Below are positions 52,536 to 64,000 of a DNA stretch of 64,000 bases, in pieces. The translations under genes and the position numbers were made by a program. Source of the DNA: Lama glama (Eukaryota). Within the stretch, counting starts at the first letter, position 1. Each line of letters starts with the position of its first letter. Where the stretch lies: contig CM052816.1 in the NCBI GenBank assembly GCA_028534125.1, forward strand, positions 70,806,001 to 70,870,000, written 5' to 3'. The notes beneath the pieces were generated by a model, which had not been told where the DNA came from, did no database searches, and saw only the letters and a program-made list of their open reading frames with translations.

Positions 52536-54459
52536 ACAGGTTGAAAATCCCTATAGAGTTCTCTTTCCAGAAATAGCTAATTAACTGCTTTATTATCTTT
52601 TAATTAAGAAATAAAGCCTGAGAAATAAATATTTGCCCATTACAAAATATGTTTAAGTAGTCTGCCTAAATAAGGATGATAAAAATCAAAAGATTAAATA
52701 TTGTTTATTGACCAACAATAGAAAATCTGAACAGGGACATGAAAGTTGACTTAATACGGATGAGGAAGAAAATTAAGGGATGCAGTGGTGGTGGTGGTGG
52801 GTTTTCTTTTTGTAAAATATCTATGTGTAGTATACAAAAGAAATCCAATAGAAAGAACAGAGTTAAAAATGTGCTAATCTATGAACAAAGGTAGAAAAAG
52901 GATTTTTGTAAAGAAACAGTTGTCTCTTAAAACAATACTCTATCTCATGCTGAAAGAAATGTTCACTTTTGTTGGTCTAGTTTAAGAACCTCAAGCTGAG
53001 AAAATATTAGCATTTAGATCTCACAATATTAGTACCATATATCAACCAATAGCAATGTTTAAGGTATGAAAATGACTTTTCAAAAAGTTTGGGGGTACCT
53101 AGAACACATTGTTGTTATTATTTTCCTATTCAGGGCATTTGAAATTGCTTTTCAGAGTTACTTTGCCATTCTAACTTGCTGATAGGTAGGTATAATCTCA
53201 GGTCAATAACTCCCCCGCATTTAGATGCATTCTAATACTGATGAAGAGAAAATTTTATCCTTACATAAATCAGTTATATAACACTATGTTCTATCCCTAG
53301 GATGTTTAGGAGATTTGCAACATCAGCCTATTTCACTGTGGTCAAATGGAAAAAGCAGTAAGTCCCCATGACAAAGAACTAATTAGATATTCAAAGTCTT
53401 CTGGAACCATTGGAAGCAGAGGTTTTTAAGGATTTGACATTTTTTTAAAGCCTCAGATCTCAACATTTTAGGAATAAAAACCAAAAAATACACAAAATAA
53501 TTACAGTTCCTTTACCTAAGTTTTTTTCTTTAAAGTATCACTGAGCTAAAAAAAAAAAGTGCAATTTAATAATATAGATTCACATTCAATCTATATGTAA
53601 TTCAAGTAAGGCTATTACTTCTTTAAATAGAAATAGCAAAGAAATAAGTGCCTTTTAACATAATGTGTTGCTTGCTGGTCTTTTTCAACATTAAAAAATA
53701 TAAATACAAGTTGCAAATGAAGTAAGTTCCTTTTAGCATAATGTGTTGTGGGAGTATTTCATTTCCCTTTGTTCTGGGATTTCTCTCCCTTGTTATAGTT
53801 GTAAGATTTTTTCCCTGACTTTGTACAAATTGTATCTTTTTAATAATTTATTTTCCTTTTGCAATATATTTCTTTATTAAAGCTTTCATACATCCTCCCT
53901 TTAGATTTATATTTTAGTGCTTCTATTGTCTTTCTTATTTCATCCTGGTTTTTTTCTTTTCAAAAGTTAGAACCTGGCTATAATTTAAAATATTAGGTCT
54001 TCATTCTTCTATAAATGTAAAATAATGAAATTCACTATATGGAAGTCAAATTGGTTATGTCAGAAAAAAAAAACTATTTATGGCCACACTTAGCTGCTAA
54101 ATGAAATATTACTAATATCTAGCATACTGTTTTTTGTTGGCCCAAGTTTACTAAATTATCAGGGTTTGGTTTGTGAAAGTGGCAATTTTATTATGCTAAC
54201 TTCATTGTAAGAGCTATTGTGTGGTTCTTCTGAAGCTTGGCAAATACTGACTTGGCAGAGTTTAAGGCCTCGCTAAATGCATCATCATTTTTATTTTTCT
54301 AGAGGCAAAAGACCTCTGAAAAATTCCTTGCAGCTTTGTGAAATTGTTGTCTTGTAAGAATAAATATATATCAGAATAGAAGAAATTTTGCAACTTCTAA
54401 AATTTGACAATTGTCACATCTGGTTGAGAATTTTACATATTTGTTGGAGTTAAGGTCGA

Positions 54460-55050
54460 TATTTTGCAATTGGTTGATACACTTTTTAAGTTTCTCCTAA
54501 TATGTATGTGTTCCCTTTCTCTCTCCCTCTTTCCTTCTGTCCTGCCCTCATCTTTCTCCATTTCTCCTACTACCCACCTCTCTTCCATGTAATTTATTTG
54601 TTTAAAAAACTGTATTGTTTGTCATACTGTGTTTCCTAGAGTCTGAATTTTGCTGACTCCACCCAATTGTGTTCTTTAACATGTTCTGTTAAACATACGC
54701 CATACCTTTTCATAAGTTGATAGGTAGTGCTTGATCAGATTCAGATCAGAATTTTTAAAAGGTAAAAATCCCTTCATTTGAGATGATGTGATTTTATCAG
54801 GAGAATCACAATATCTCGATATTTCTCATTTTGTGATGCCGGCAGCCACTGGGGATCATTACATACATCATTCTCCCCCTCCTTTTTTCTCTTTTCTTTT
54901 TTTATTAGAGGCTGAAAAATGGAGATGTTTAAATTCTATCATTCTGTCTGGATTTATTAGCTGGAATATTTTTGTAAAGAGAAACTTTAATCATCTATTT
55001 TATTACCCTTTGGCACAGGTTTTATGGAAAAGAAAGTATAAGCACTGAGA
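54460..55050 (-). mobile_element. L1MC4/5-like 3'UTR fragment
   Basis: gagtctgaattttgctgact..tttaacatgttc..gcttgatcagattcag..tttattagctggaata. Confidence 0.6.
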
Positions 55051-56578
55051 TTCTGTCTCATATTTACTAAACATTAAGGTTTAACTGATTTAAACACCAA
55101 TGGATTCTTTTTAAATTGAGAAAAAGGAAATATTCAAAATGACTCTCCTTTCCCTCCAAGTAAAAATTAAAGTTTTTACTAAAATCTCAAAAGCAGGCCT
55201 CAAAAGGTAAAACCAAGTGGATTTTAGAATCTCCTAAAAGAAAAAAAACAAAAAAACAAAAAACCTCGTTTTCTTTCTCCATTGCACTGTCCTAGATGAT
55301 TCTGCTCTCAGAGTGTGAACGCCTTGCGTCTGGGTGTCAAGCAGCCCCATGGTGCCTACGCCACATGGTTATCAGACTCCACATAGAGGACCATAAGGAA
55401 ACTGATATTCCTTTTGCTAAGACTGCCTATGTTTCAATTTGTAAATTTTTGTTAAAAATAATTAGTTTAGTTTAAAAAGAGTGTTTTGGTATCCTCATGG
55501 CTTTTTGCTGGGTAGTAGTGCTGTCTATGTCTTAGATAAACGACAGCACGTCTTTCCTCGGGATAAGGCATGTCTTACACATCTGAATCTACACGAATGT
55601 AACTGGTCATTCAGAATTGTGGTTATTGTGAGACGTGTGACCCAAGTGCAGTGGTAACAAACCTTTCAACTGCTTACAAGTGCATCTCAGCTGTTTTGTG
55701 TATGCATTTTAGAGAAGCAAAAATTAAATATTAAGAAATAAAAATATATCTGCTAAAAGAGTTTTGCACTGCTCATACAAAGATTTTCCAAATGCCTACT
55801 TCAGATTACTTTATGTAATTTCAAATATAATTGTATTTTCTATTTTATGATGCACAGAAACTGTAAAACAAGTCTGTTTGCTTTCAGAACCTCAGTAGTT
55901 TGAAAATATTGTAGAGTTATTTGTCTTTTTATTTACAGAGATTGCAGTTAATGAGTATGTCAAATTGGGGTACAGTGTACAAAGTCTTATAAAGGTTTTT
56001 TCTTTACACTTAAAATAAATTTCTGTACTAGCAACTATAACTTCATAAAAATGCATAGTATTCAAAATCACGCACTGTTATTTGGATGCAAAAACTACTT
56101 ATTCACATTCATATGTGTGTCTGTGTGTGTGTGTACAAATACTCAAAAGTCACTGTAAAAGTCAGAAGGCATACATACCAATCCCTTCCCTTTAGCAGCA
56201 GGTCAAAAGAATTTTTAGCTCAGTCTCTGAGGATTTCTTTCTATTACAAATATGAAAGTAGGATGCTTAAAAAAAAAAGTCTAAAATTTAATAATAATAA
56301 AAAAGCTACCCAGGACTGCGTTCTGCTTGATGGCTCCAGAGAGTAGAAAGAGATTATGTTAAAGCATAAATGGAGCTTTAACATTTTTAAATCCAGAAGG
56401 TCTAATCTAATCTAATCCTTTTCAATCCAATTTTTTAAAATGCATCCTAGACATCAGATTAAAGCATGTGCTTTGCTTTCTAGGCCATTTTAAACAGACT
56501 TAGCATCTGTGCTTCTGACCCTCCATGCAGCATTTTTTTAAAAAAGCGATTTAGAAGAAACAAAAATAGAATAAACCG

Positions 56579-56640
56579 TATGTGTGTGTGTGTGTGTGTG
56601 CGTGCTCGTGTGTGTATGTATTATATATATATATATATAT
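56579..56640. repeat. Compound (TG)n/(TA)n microsatellite
   Basis: Read directly from the sequence. Confidence 0.9.
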
Positions 56641-57659
56641 GATTTTGCTAAGACTGTTTAAAGAATGATTACTGTACATTTTAAATGAACAGAAATGGAG
56701 AATCGGATTAGAAGGCTCTTAGTAAAGATCGCACTTTGGAGTGTGATTCCATAGCTCTGCTTCACTGCCATGCCCCGTGCAGGTTGCTGCTTCAGCTCAT
56801 CTCAGGTCTGCTTTTCACCGGCACGCTAGAGGCCTATGCAGAGTTTATCAAAGCTGGCTCCACTTCCAGCTATTTCCACTTCGCTTGAATTATCCCTTAT
56901 GTGAAAGCTACTGCTGGGTTAATTACCTTTAATTCGTTTTCTTGCAACCCCCTCAGCCAACACAGGCCGGAGACCTCAGAGGCCCTCTCACCAGGCCTCC
57001 TTCTGCACTGCAGCCTGGCCTTTAAAAACCAGCATAGCCTGCTCTCCTTGCTTCTTTCCACGTTCATCACAGAAACAAAGAGTGAAACCTTTGCCACGTG
57101 GCAAGTCTGAGATTTTCCCTAAAATCCTTTTATCTTCGGTTTAGAATTAAGGTACATTCCTTGGATAAATAAACTTCTTGGACTCTCTGTCATCCTTTCT
57201 TGGGTTGCCATTTATTCCTAAATTTAGCTCCATTGTTTTTAGCGATTTGGCATCAAAATCATTTACTTAGTTGAGGTTTACATTTCATAACTGTTACCTC
57301 CTTTTGCAGCAGATTGTGAAACTACTACTTTAAAGAGATGTATTTACTGAAACTCTGATTCTTAAAGAGGGTGCTTCTCTTGCTAAAGATTTTAAAAATT
57401 CTGAAGATAATTGGGCAGTCTGTCAACAGCCACTCACTGCTTTCTGCGTAAGTGCAAATCTCCCATTTCAAAGCATGAGTCTAGACCTAAGAAATTCAGT
57501 CTCTAATCAGGGGCTTTTGTAGTGTTTTGTTCATCCTGCTAATATGGACCTCAAATTATGTTGTGGTCAGTTAGATACATGCTGATTTTCCCTAAAATTT
57601 TTCTATTGAAGTAGCAACAGAGCAACAGCTGTGGTATCACCCACGATTATGATAGTAAA

Positions 57660-57745
57660 GAAGTATCTCAGGCCCCATCTCAGATTTACTGAATAAGGAA
57701 ACATTTTAACAAGCTCTGCAGGTGAATTATATGTGAATTAAAAAT
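57660..57745. mobile_element. MER5A-like MITE fragment
   Basis: caggccccatctcagatttactgaat..cattttaacaagctctgcaggtgaatt. Confidence 0.6.
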
Positions 57746-58849
57746 ACAGTGTTCTAAAATACTGTCACCTCCTTGAAGACAGCCCACAGTATGCTCTCAA
57801 TAAATATCAACTGAGCTGATTCTAAATATCTGTATAGCTTCTGTAAAGTCTTTGGATTTGAAAATAAAAAATCCAGTTTTTGGATCTAAAAATAATAAAA
57901 CACTTGCTGATATATATATATATAGTATAAATGGAAATAGAATTTATAGGAAACAATTCATCAAAATGCTCAATTTAATATGTCAATAATATGTAAAGTA
58001 TAGTAAATAAATCAAATGTACTGAAGAGAACCTTACAGAGTTTCAACTGATTTCTGCTTATTTCTGCACATCTATAGAATGTACTTTTGAGTCTACATGT
58101 TAGAATAGCATAGAAAGAAAGTAATCAGTGTGACAAAATTGTTAGGTTAACAGAAGGACTCCAGAGTCCAAATATTCCCGTCTTGATTCTTTTCCTATGG
58201 GTATTGTCTCCCAAACAGATGTAATCTGAAACCTCCAATGCATTTTTGGCTCAATTTGAGAAGATTCGGATTCCAAAGTTTGTCATATTTGTATTAAACT
58301 AATTCCAACATTTCCTTCTTTAAGAACAGTTTTCTTAACACACTCTCAGCACTTACATGATGTCAACATAGGCAAATGAGCTCCATATCTCACCTCCACC
58401 TAAATAAGTAGCAAACGATTTCCAAATCAGAGCTCTTTGCCTCCCCTCCAGATTTCTCCTCTGTTGTACTTCCCGTCTCGCTGAACGACCACTGCTTCCC
58501 AGCCCTCTCCCCCAGTTCAAATATCTGAAGATCAACTTAGATACTTTATATTCCTTGTTGACTGAGTGAGTGTTCAGGAGAGCATCTCTGAGCTTAACGC
58601 TCCATGGCTTAACATCTTCCCTGGTTCTTCATAGCTTCTGGGATAAAATTCAATTTCCTTACCACAGCCCAAAGGACTCTCTTTGAACTGTCCTGACCCT
58701 CTATCCTCATTTCCCTGTCCCGTTTCCTCATCTATCCAAGAGCCTGCTCATTCTAAGTTACTTAAAGTCCCCCCAATACCACATGCTTTTCCACTCCGCT
58801 ATGCTTTAGTTGTAATGACCCCTCTGGAGATTAAAAATACCAGAGACGT

Positions 58850-59080
58850 GACTGAAAGGTCAGTGAACCAGACCTGGGTTCCTCCCCCAGTGCTGCGGCT
58901 GACTGGCTGTATAGCTCAGGCCAGTTTATTAATTTATAAAGTGAGGCTAACAGATGTTTTTCATTACATTTATCTTTACATGATGAAAGCATGTAAAGAT
59001 AGCATGAGAAAATGTAAAGAAGTTGCTTTGTATAATAAGCATTCAATATATTTTGGTAGCATTGTTATTATTATTCCTAT
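58850..59080 (+). mobile_element. MIR SINE within L2 remnants
   Basis: ccagacctgggttc..ctggctgt..tgagaaaatgtaaag..taataagcattcaatata. Confidence 0.6.
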
Positions 59081-61883
59081 CTAAAATTCAGTTCTGATAT
59101 AGTATCTTTTGGGAAGTTTCCTTTTCTTTCACTCTAAATGAGAGTTCCCATAGCTTCTAGAGGACATGTTTATCATAATATTTATTGCAGTGTATTTTTT
59201 TGTCTGTTTTCTTTCCTGATTCCCCTTAAACAAACTGAACTACTTGAGATGACTGCGCATTTCATTTTCACTGAGCCAAAGCTAGTATGGCACTGCCTGA
59301 ATAGAAACTTAAGAAATCTTGGTTATTCTATATTGCCATTTATGTGTACAAGCTGTATATCCCAATCCCAAAATATCTTAAAGCCTCAAGCATGTGTTGT
59401 ACAATGATTCAGTAAAGAACTGATTGAATTCTAAAACATAAAATACATAATTTTAGGATACATAAACTTTTCCCCCCAAAATGTGTTATTTAAATTATAT
59501 GTTAGCTACTATCTTGGTGAATGGAATGAAAAATACTACTACTACTAATTATAACATTATTTAATTTTAATTTTATCTTGAACAGATTGACATTAACTTA
59601 AAGATATTTGGTACAGGAAAATTCTTAAGTGGCCGAAGTTCTGCCTAGTATGCTATTGTGTAAAATATTTGAAATAAATTATCATAGGATGGATTTGTCT
59701 TATAACGCTGTCAAGTTAATAGCTTGAAAAATTTAAACCTATGACCTATCAGAAAATGTTGCTGAAAGAGTACAGAGACTATTTAAATAGTTTGAGGATT
59801 TGTGACAGTACTAATGTAGATTTTACATCTCTGGTAGAAGTAATGAAGAGCATGGCCTGTCTTTATCCTGAATAGCCTCCTTATTGCCAGTGTAGATAAA
59901 TATCAAAATCAATTATATGTATAAAATAACTTAAAATCATTAAAATGGTCAATTTCTTCCTTAATATTTTCATTTATTCACAAAGAGCAAGACACACTGG
60001 GAACCTTTGATTCCAACTATAAAGTTTATCTACCTGTATCTATCTAACCATCTATCCAACTATAATCAGCTGAGGAAATTTAAAGAGAGATATATGAAAA
60101 TTAATTTTTTTGTAGCTATAGTACCTAACAGGAAAGTTGTACTGAAAAGCCTCAGGGGAAGAAAAGACTTCAGAGGGAGAGAAAAAATTCTAGACAAAAT
60201 ACAAAACTGTATTTCCTGGCTCAAAATTATAATCCAAAATAAACCAGCAGAAAATGAAGGGCCCTTTCTCTCTTAAAAGATCTGTTGGGTAATAAGAAAA
60301 TTGTTGAAGCAGTATTTGAATTCCATTCCAACAAGTGATCACACATGAAAAAGTTGTTAAGAAAACAATGAGAAATTGTATGGATGTTGTGAAAACGCCA
60401 GTCATCTGTGATTAGAAATAACATCTACTGATTAATTTAACACGTTTCCTTAAGGTATAGATGCAAAAAGAAAAGCAAAGTAATGTGAGAAATATAAATA
60501 TTTTGATCCTTGTAGAAAATCTTTCCCGCTTCTACCCAAAGCACCTACCATACCCACCGGCAGCTTGACAACACTCCAAACTGCCATCTACTAATTAACT
60601 CAGCTGCCAGATTTTCCCTCTGACACCATTTGCCACCTGCACTGCCTGCTGCCAGGCAGATGACAATAAAATGTAAACCTAAACTCCTAGAGGAGATTTT
60701 AAAATGTCACAGGAGAGAGGAAAACAATATCATGTTGTCCAACAAGAGAATATTTCTGGGCGGGAGTAGCCTAAGGTTGCTGCAGGGCTGCTTTGGGGAA
60801 TTTAAGCACAAATGCTGAAATCGTTGTGGTTCCCTTTATTCCATGGTCTACTGCTTTCACCATATGAAAAGAATCAAGGAATTATCTAACATGGATAGCC
60901 AAAAGAACACTTCCTTCAGGTATAGTTTAGAGGTGATGCCTGAGGGAAAAACACACACTCAAGCACCGTGTGAGTCTTCGATGTTGTTTTACTGGAATTG
61001 CAAGAGAGAAACGAATCATTGTAGACTATTCTAGACAAGAAGAATTAAATCTGCACTGTGTCTGAACTTCCCTTAAGAACTCTCCAGGTAAATTTATACT
61101 CTTTTTTTCCTGCAAGCAGACCTCATCTGACAACAGATCCCAAAGCAAAAACAATTCAAAGGGACTCTTATTTCTTTGGTCATAAGTTAAAGATATTTGC
61201 TTTTCACAGCACAGACACAAAGGAGGAAGATTTGGCCAAGCCTGAAAAATCACCTTTGCTTTACTAAATAAACCAAAAGACAATCTGAGAAGAGAGGGCT
61301 TGAGAAATCAAAGAGTAAATAGAGATTACTGCTGCATCCCTTGGCCAAGAGCTTAATTCTCCCACTACCTAATGACTAAGGGAACAACCACACCTGGTAG
61401 GAGTTGGCAGTAGAAAGGAGTTGGCTCTGAAGTCAAGTGGAGAAAGTGGTTTAAAAAAGAAACCTTGAGAATTTTGGACTTTCATGAGAAACTTATTGTT
61501 TCTCTTTTTAATAGCTTCTATATGGATTTGGGAACCATATGATCAGTACTATGGGTCAGAGGATGTGTACAGGGATAGTTCCCTGTTAGAGCAAGGCTGG
61601 GATGGCTACCCAACTGCAGGCAATACAATGGAAAGGTTGGTACCCTCAGTGCCTCAGTTGGCAGCTCTAGGGATGGGGAAATTTCAGGAAGAAATATGTT
61701 TGGAGTGAGTCTCAATCTGAGAAAGGATATTGAAGAATAGTGGTGTGGGCTTGGGGAGGGGGCACATCCTACTCCAGGTGGAAAGAATATTATATCTGTG
61801 ATAACTAGGAGAAGAATAAAAGTGAAATGTAAACCAAATTCAAAAGTAGAACCCATTACTGTTGTTGCAGGGGATGAGCAGAA

Positions 61884-63828
61884 CTCTGTGCTTCCTGGAC
61901 TTCAATGACTGTTTCCCTTCCCAGGTTAGGGGAAGCTTTCAGCTATTATGTCCTTAAATATGTTCTCAGCCCCTTTCTCTCATTTCCTTCTGGAATCCCT
62001 GTAATGTGAATATGAGTGTACTTGATGTTGTCCCAGAGGTCTCTTAAACGTCCTCATTTTATTTCATTCTTTTTTTCCATCCAGCATTAGTGATTTCCAA
62101 TACTATGTCTTCCAGCTTGCTGATCCATTCCTCTGTATTTAGTCTACTGTTGATTCTGTCAAGTGTATTTTTCATTTCAGTTACTGTGTTCTTCATCTGT
62201 TTGTTCTTTATATTTTCTAACTCTTTGTTAAAAAGTTTTACCCTCTCACTCTGTGCATCTGTTCTTCTCCTGACTTCTCTGATCACCTTTACGATCATTG
62301 CTGTGAAATCTTTCTAGGGTAGATTGCCTATCTCCACTTCACTTAATTCTTCTTTGGAGGTTTTATCTTATTCATTTGTCTGGAACCTGTTCCTCTGTTG
62401 CCTCACTTTGCCTAAGTTGCTGTTTGTACTTTTATGTATGTGGTAGGTTACCTAGACGTTTCCCAACCTTGGAGAGGTGGCCTTCTGTAGGAGATGTCCT
62501 ATGCTTCTCAGCAGCGGACTTCCCTCTCTTCACACAAGCTATATGCTCTAGGAGCTCCCTCTGTCAGTGCTGTGTGGGCCCTTCTGTTTTGGCGAGTTGA
62601 CCATGGGGTGGTCCTGTAGGCTAGGTTGGCCCCTAGTCTGAGTGGTTGCCAGACCCTGCCTTGGGCGGAGGTTGCTGGCTGCAGGTTAGTGGGGACTTCT
62701 CACAAGGTGGAGGGTTGCAGAACCCCACGGGACCCCGGGACTAGTGCTGACTCACTGGTGGGTGGAGTCAGGGTTCAGAAGGCTCTGGAGCTGTTGCCCT
62801 CCATTGGTGGGTGAAACCAGGTCCTGGAGTCTTGCTGCAGGGTCCAGGAATCCCAGATCTGGTGTCAGATTGCTGGTAGAGGGGTCGGGTCCCTGACACA
62901 ATTGGGTCCAGGATGTCCTGAAGCTTGCGTTGGCCTGCTACTGGGCTGGGCTGGTGTTCCGCTGAGCCCAGATCAGGGTCTGACCTGCTGTGTGTGTGGG
63001 CTGCCCCCTGGTGGCTGAGGCTGGTGCAGAGTCTGGAGCCGCTTCCTGGGGGCGGGGCCAGGAGCAGAGAATTCTGGGATCGGCGCCTGCGCACTGGTAG
63101 GTGGAGCTGGTTCCGGGCCCTCTAGCGGGAAGGATTGTGTCAGAGGAGGCTGCGGACTGAGGAGCTCTTTAGGCAGCCTGTCTGCTGATGGCGGGGGCTG
63201 TGTCCTTGCCCGGTTAGTTGCTTGGCCTGAGGCGTCCCAGCACTGACGCTTAGAGGCTGATGGCTGAGCTGTCTTTAGCTCCTAACTGGCGCCCGCCGGC
63301 CCCGGCTTCCACCGGCAGCGGCTTCCTCCAACACCGGCGTCCGCCGTAGAAGGAGCGGCAGCCGCCCCCTGCCTTTCCGGGAGACGCTCCAAGACCAGCA
63401 GGTGGGTCTGGCCCCCGCTCCTTTCAAATGACTGCTTTTGCCCTAGGTTTTGAGGTGGTAAGATTTTGTGCGCGCCCTTTAAGAGTGGCGTCTCTATTTC
63501 CCCAGCCCTCTGGGCCTCCTGAAATAAGCCCCGCTGGCCTTCAAAGCCAGTTGCTCTGGGAACTCGTCTTCCCAGTGCAGGACCCCGCTGGTACCCTTCC
63601 CCGTCAGGGGTCCTGCACTGGGAAGTTAAGAGCTCTCACTCCTGTGGGAGAACCTCTGCACTATGATTATTCTCCAGTTTGTAGGGTCTTGACTATCTGC
63701 CCTCCTGCTTGTCTCGTTGTGGTTCCGTCTTTAGTTGTAGATCTTTTCTGGTAGGTTCTGGTCTTTCTCATCAATGGTTGTTCTACAGATAGTTGTGATT
63801 TTGGTATGTTTGTGAGAGGAGGCGAGCC
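61884..63828 (-). mobile_element. L1 5' portion only: about 1.4-kb GC/CpG-rich 5'UTR plus a disrupted ORF1 fragment
   Basis: The minus strand encodes VRQQRNRFQTNE*DKTSKEELSEVEIGNLP* and then ELENIKNKQMKNTVTEMKNTLDRINSRL..EEWISKLED (L1 ORF1p coiled coil). The 5' end reads cctcctctcacaaacataccaaaatcacaacta. Confidence 0.9.
63040..63480. promoter_or_regulatory. CpG-island-like segment within the L1 5'UTR, including a GC box
   Basis: Dense CpGs (ggcgcccgccggcccggc, accggcgtccgccg) and GGGGCGGGG at about 63049. It is the only such segment in the window. Confidence 0.6.
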
Positions 63829-64000
63829 AGACGCGGACAAGCAGGTTTCTTTATGTCAAACGTATTATAGCTTCCTCCTTCTGACTTCATTCCAGTTTCC
63901 TCTTAGATATAGTCCATGAGCATCAGAATCAGCCCCTGTGGATCTCTGCAGTGCCTCACTTGTTTAATTCCCTGTTTTATCATCTTTAAATGTGAGTGAT

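Noticed and set aside
62376..63754. Several GC-rich ORFs of 60-108 aa
   Set aside because: Chance ORFs within the L1 5'UTR with no recognisable protein.

Overview
This is AT-rich mammalian genomic DNA, intronic or intergenic in character. Two tRNA-derived SINEs resembling the Vic-1 family and camelid-type L1 ends point to a camelid genome (alpaca, llama or camel). Much of the window is fossil transposons, several of them nested: L1, L2, MIR, MaLR/ERVL LTRs and hAT DNA transposons. A 500-N scaffold gap lies at 23646-24145. None of the supplied ORFs is a convincing standalone gene; the one recognisable ORF (62059-62298) is a dead L1 ORF1 fragment. The best genic signal is a 93-nt plus-strand candidate exon (5664-5756) with good splice signals, whose one reading encodes a signal-peptide-like sequence (MRPIVWLFILLTCFTKKIRG-SVFKSK). 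It may be joined to an upstream exon ending at 2778 and followed by a very long intron containing enhancer-like, repeat-poor blocks. I could not name the gene. Other items of note are a CpG-retaining L1 5'UTR truncated at both ends, a degenerate telomeric array, a palindromic double-octamer site and an RFX X-box hairpin. I found no prokaryote-type or clearly novel system. Repeat family names come from recalled consensus sequences, not from a database search, and repeat boundaries are approximate.
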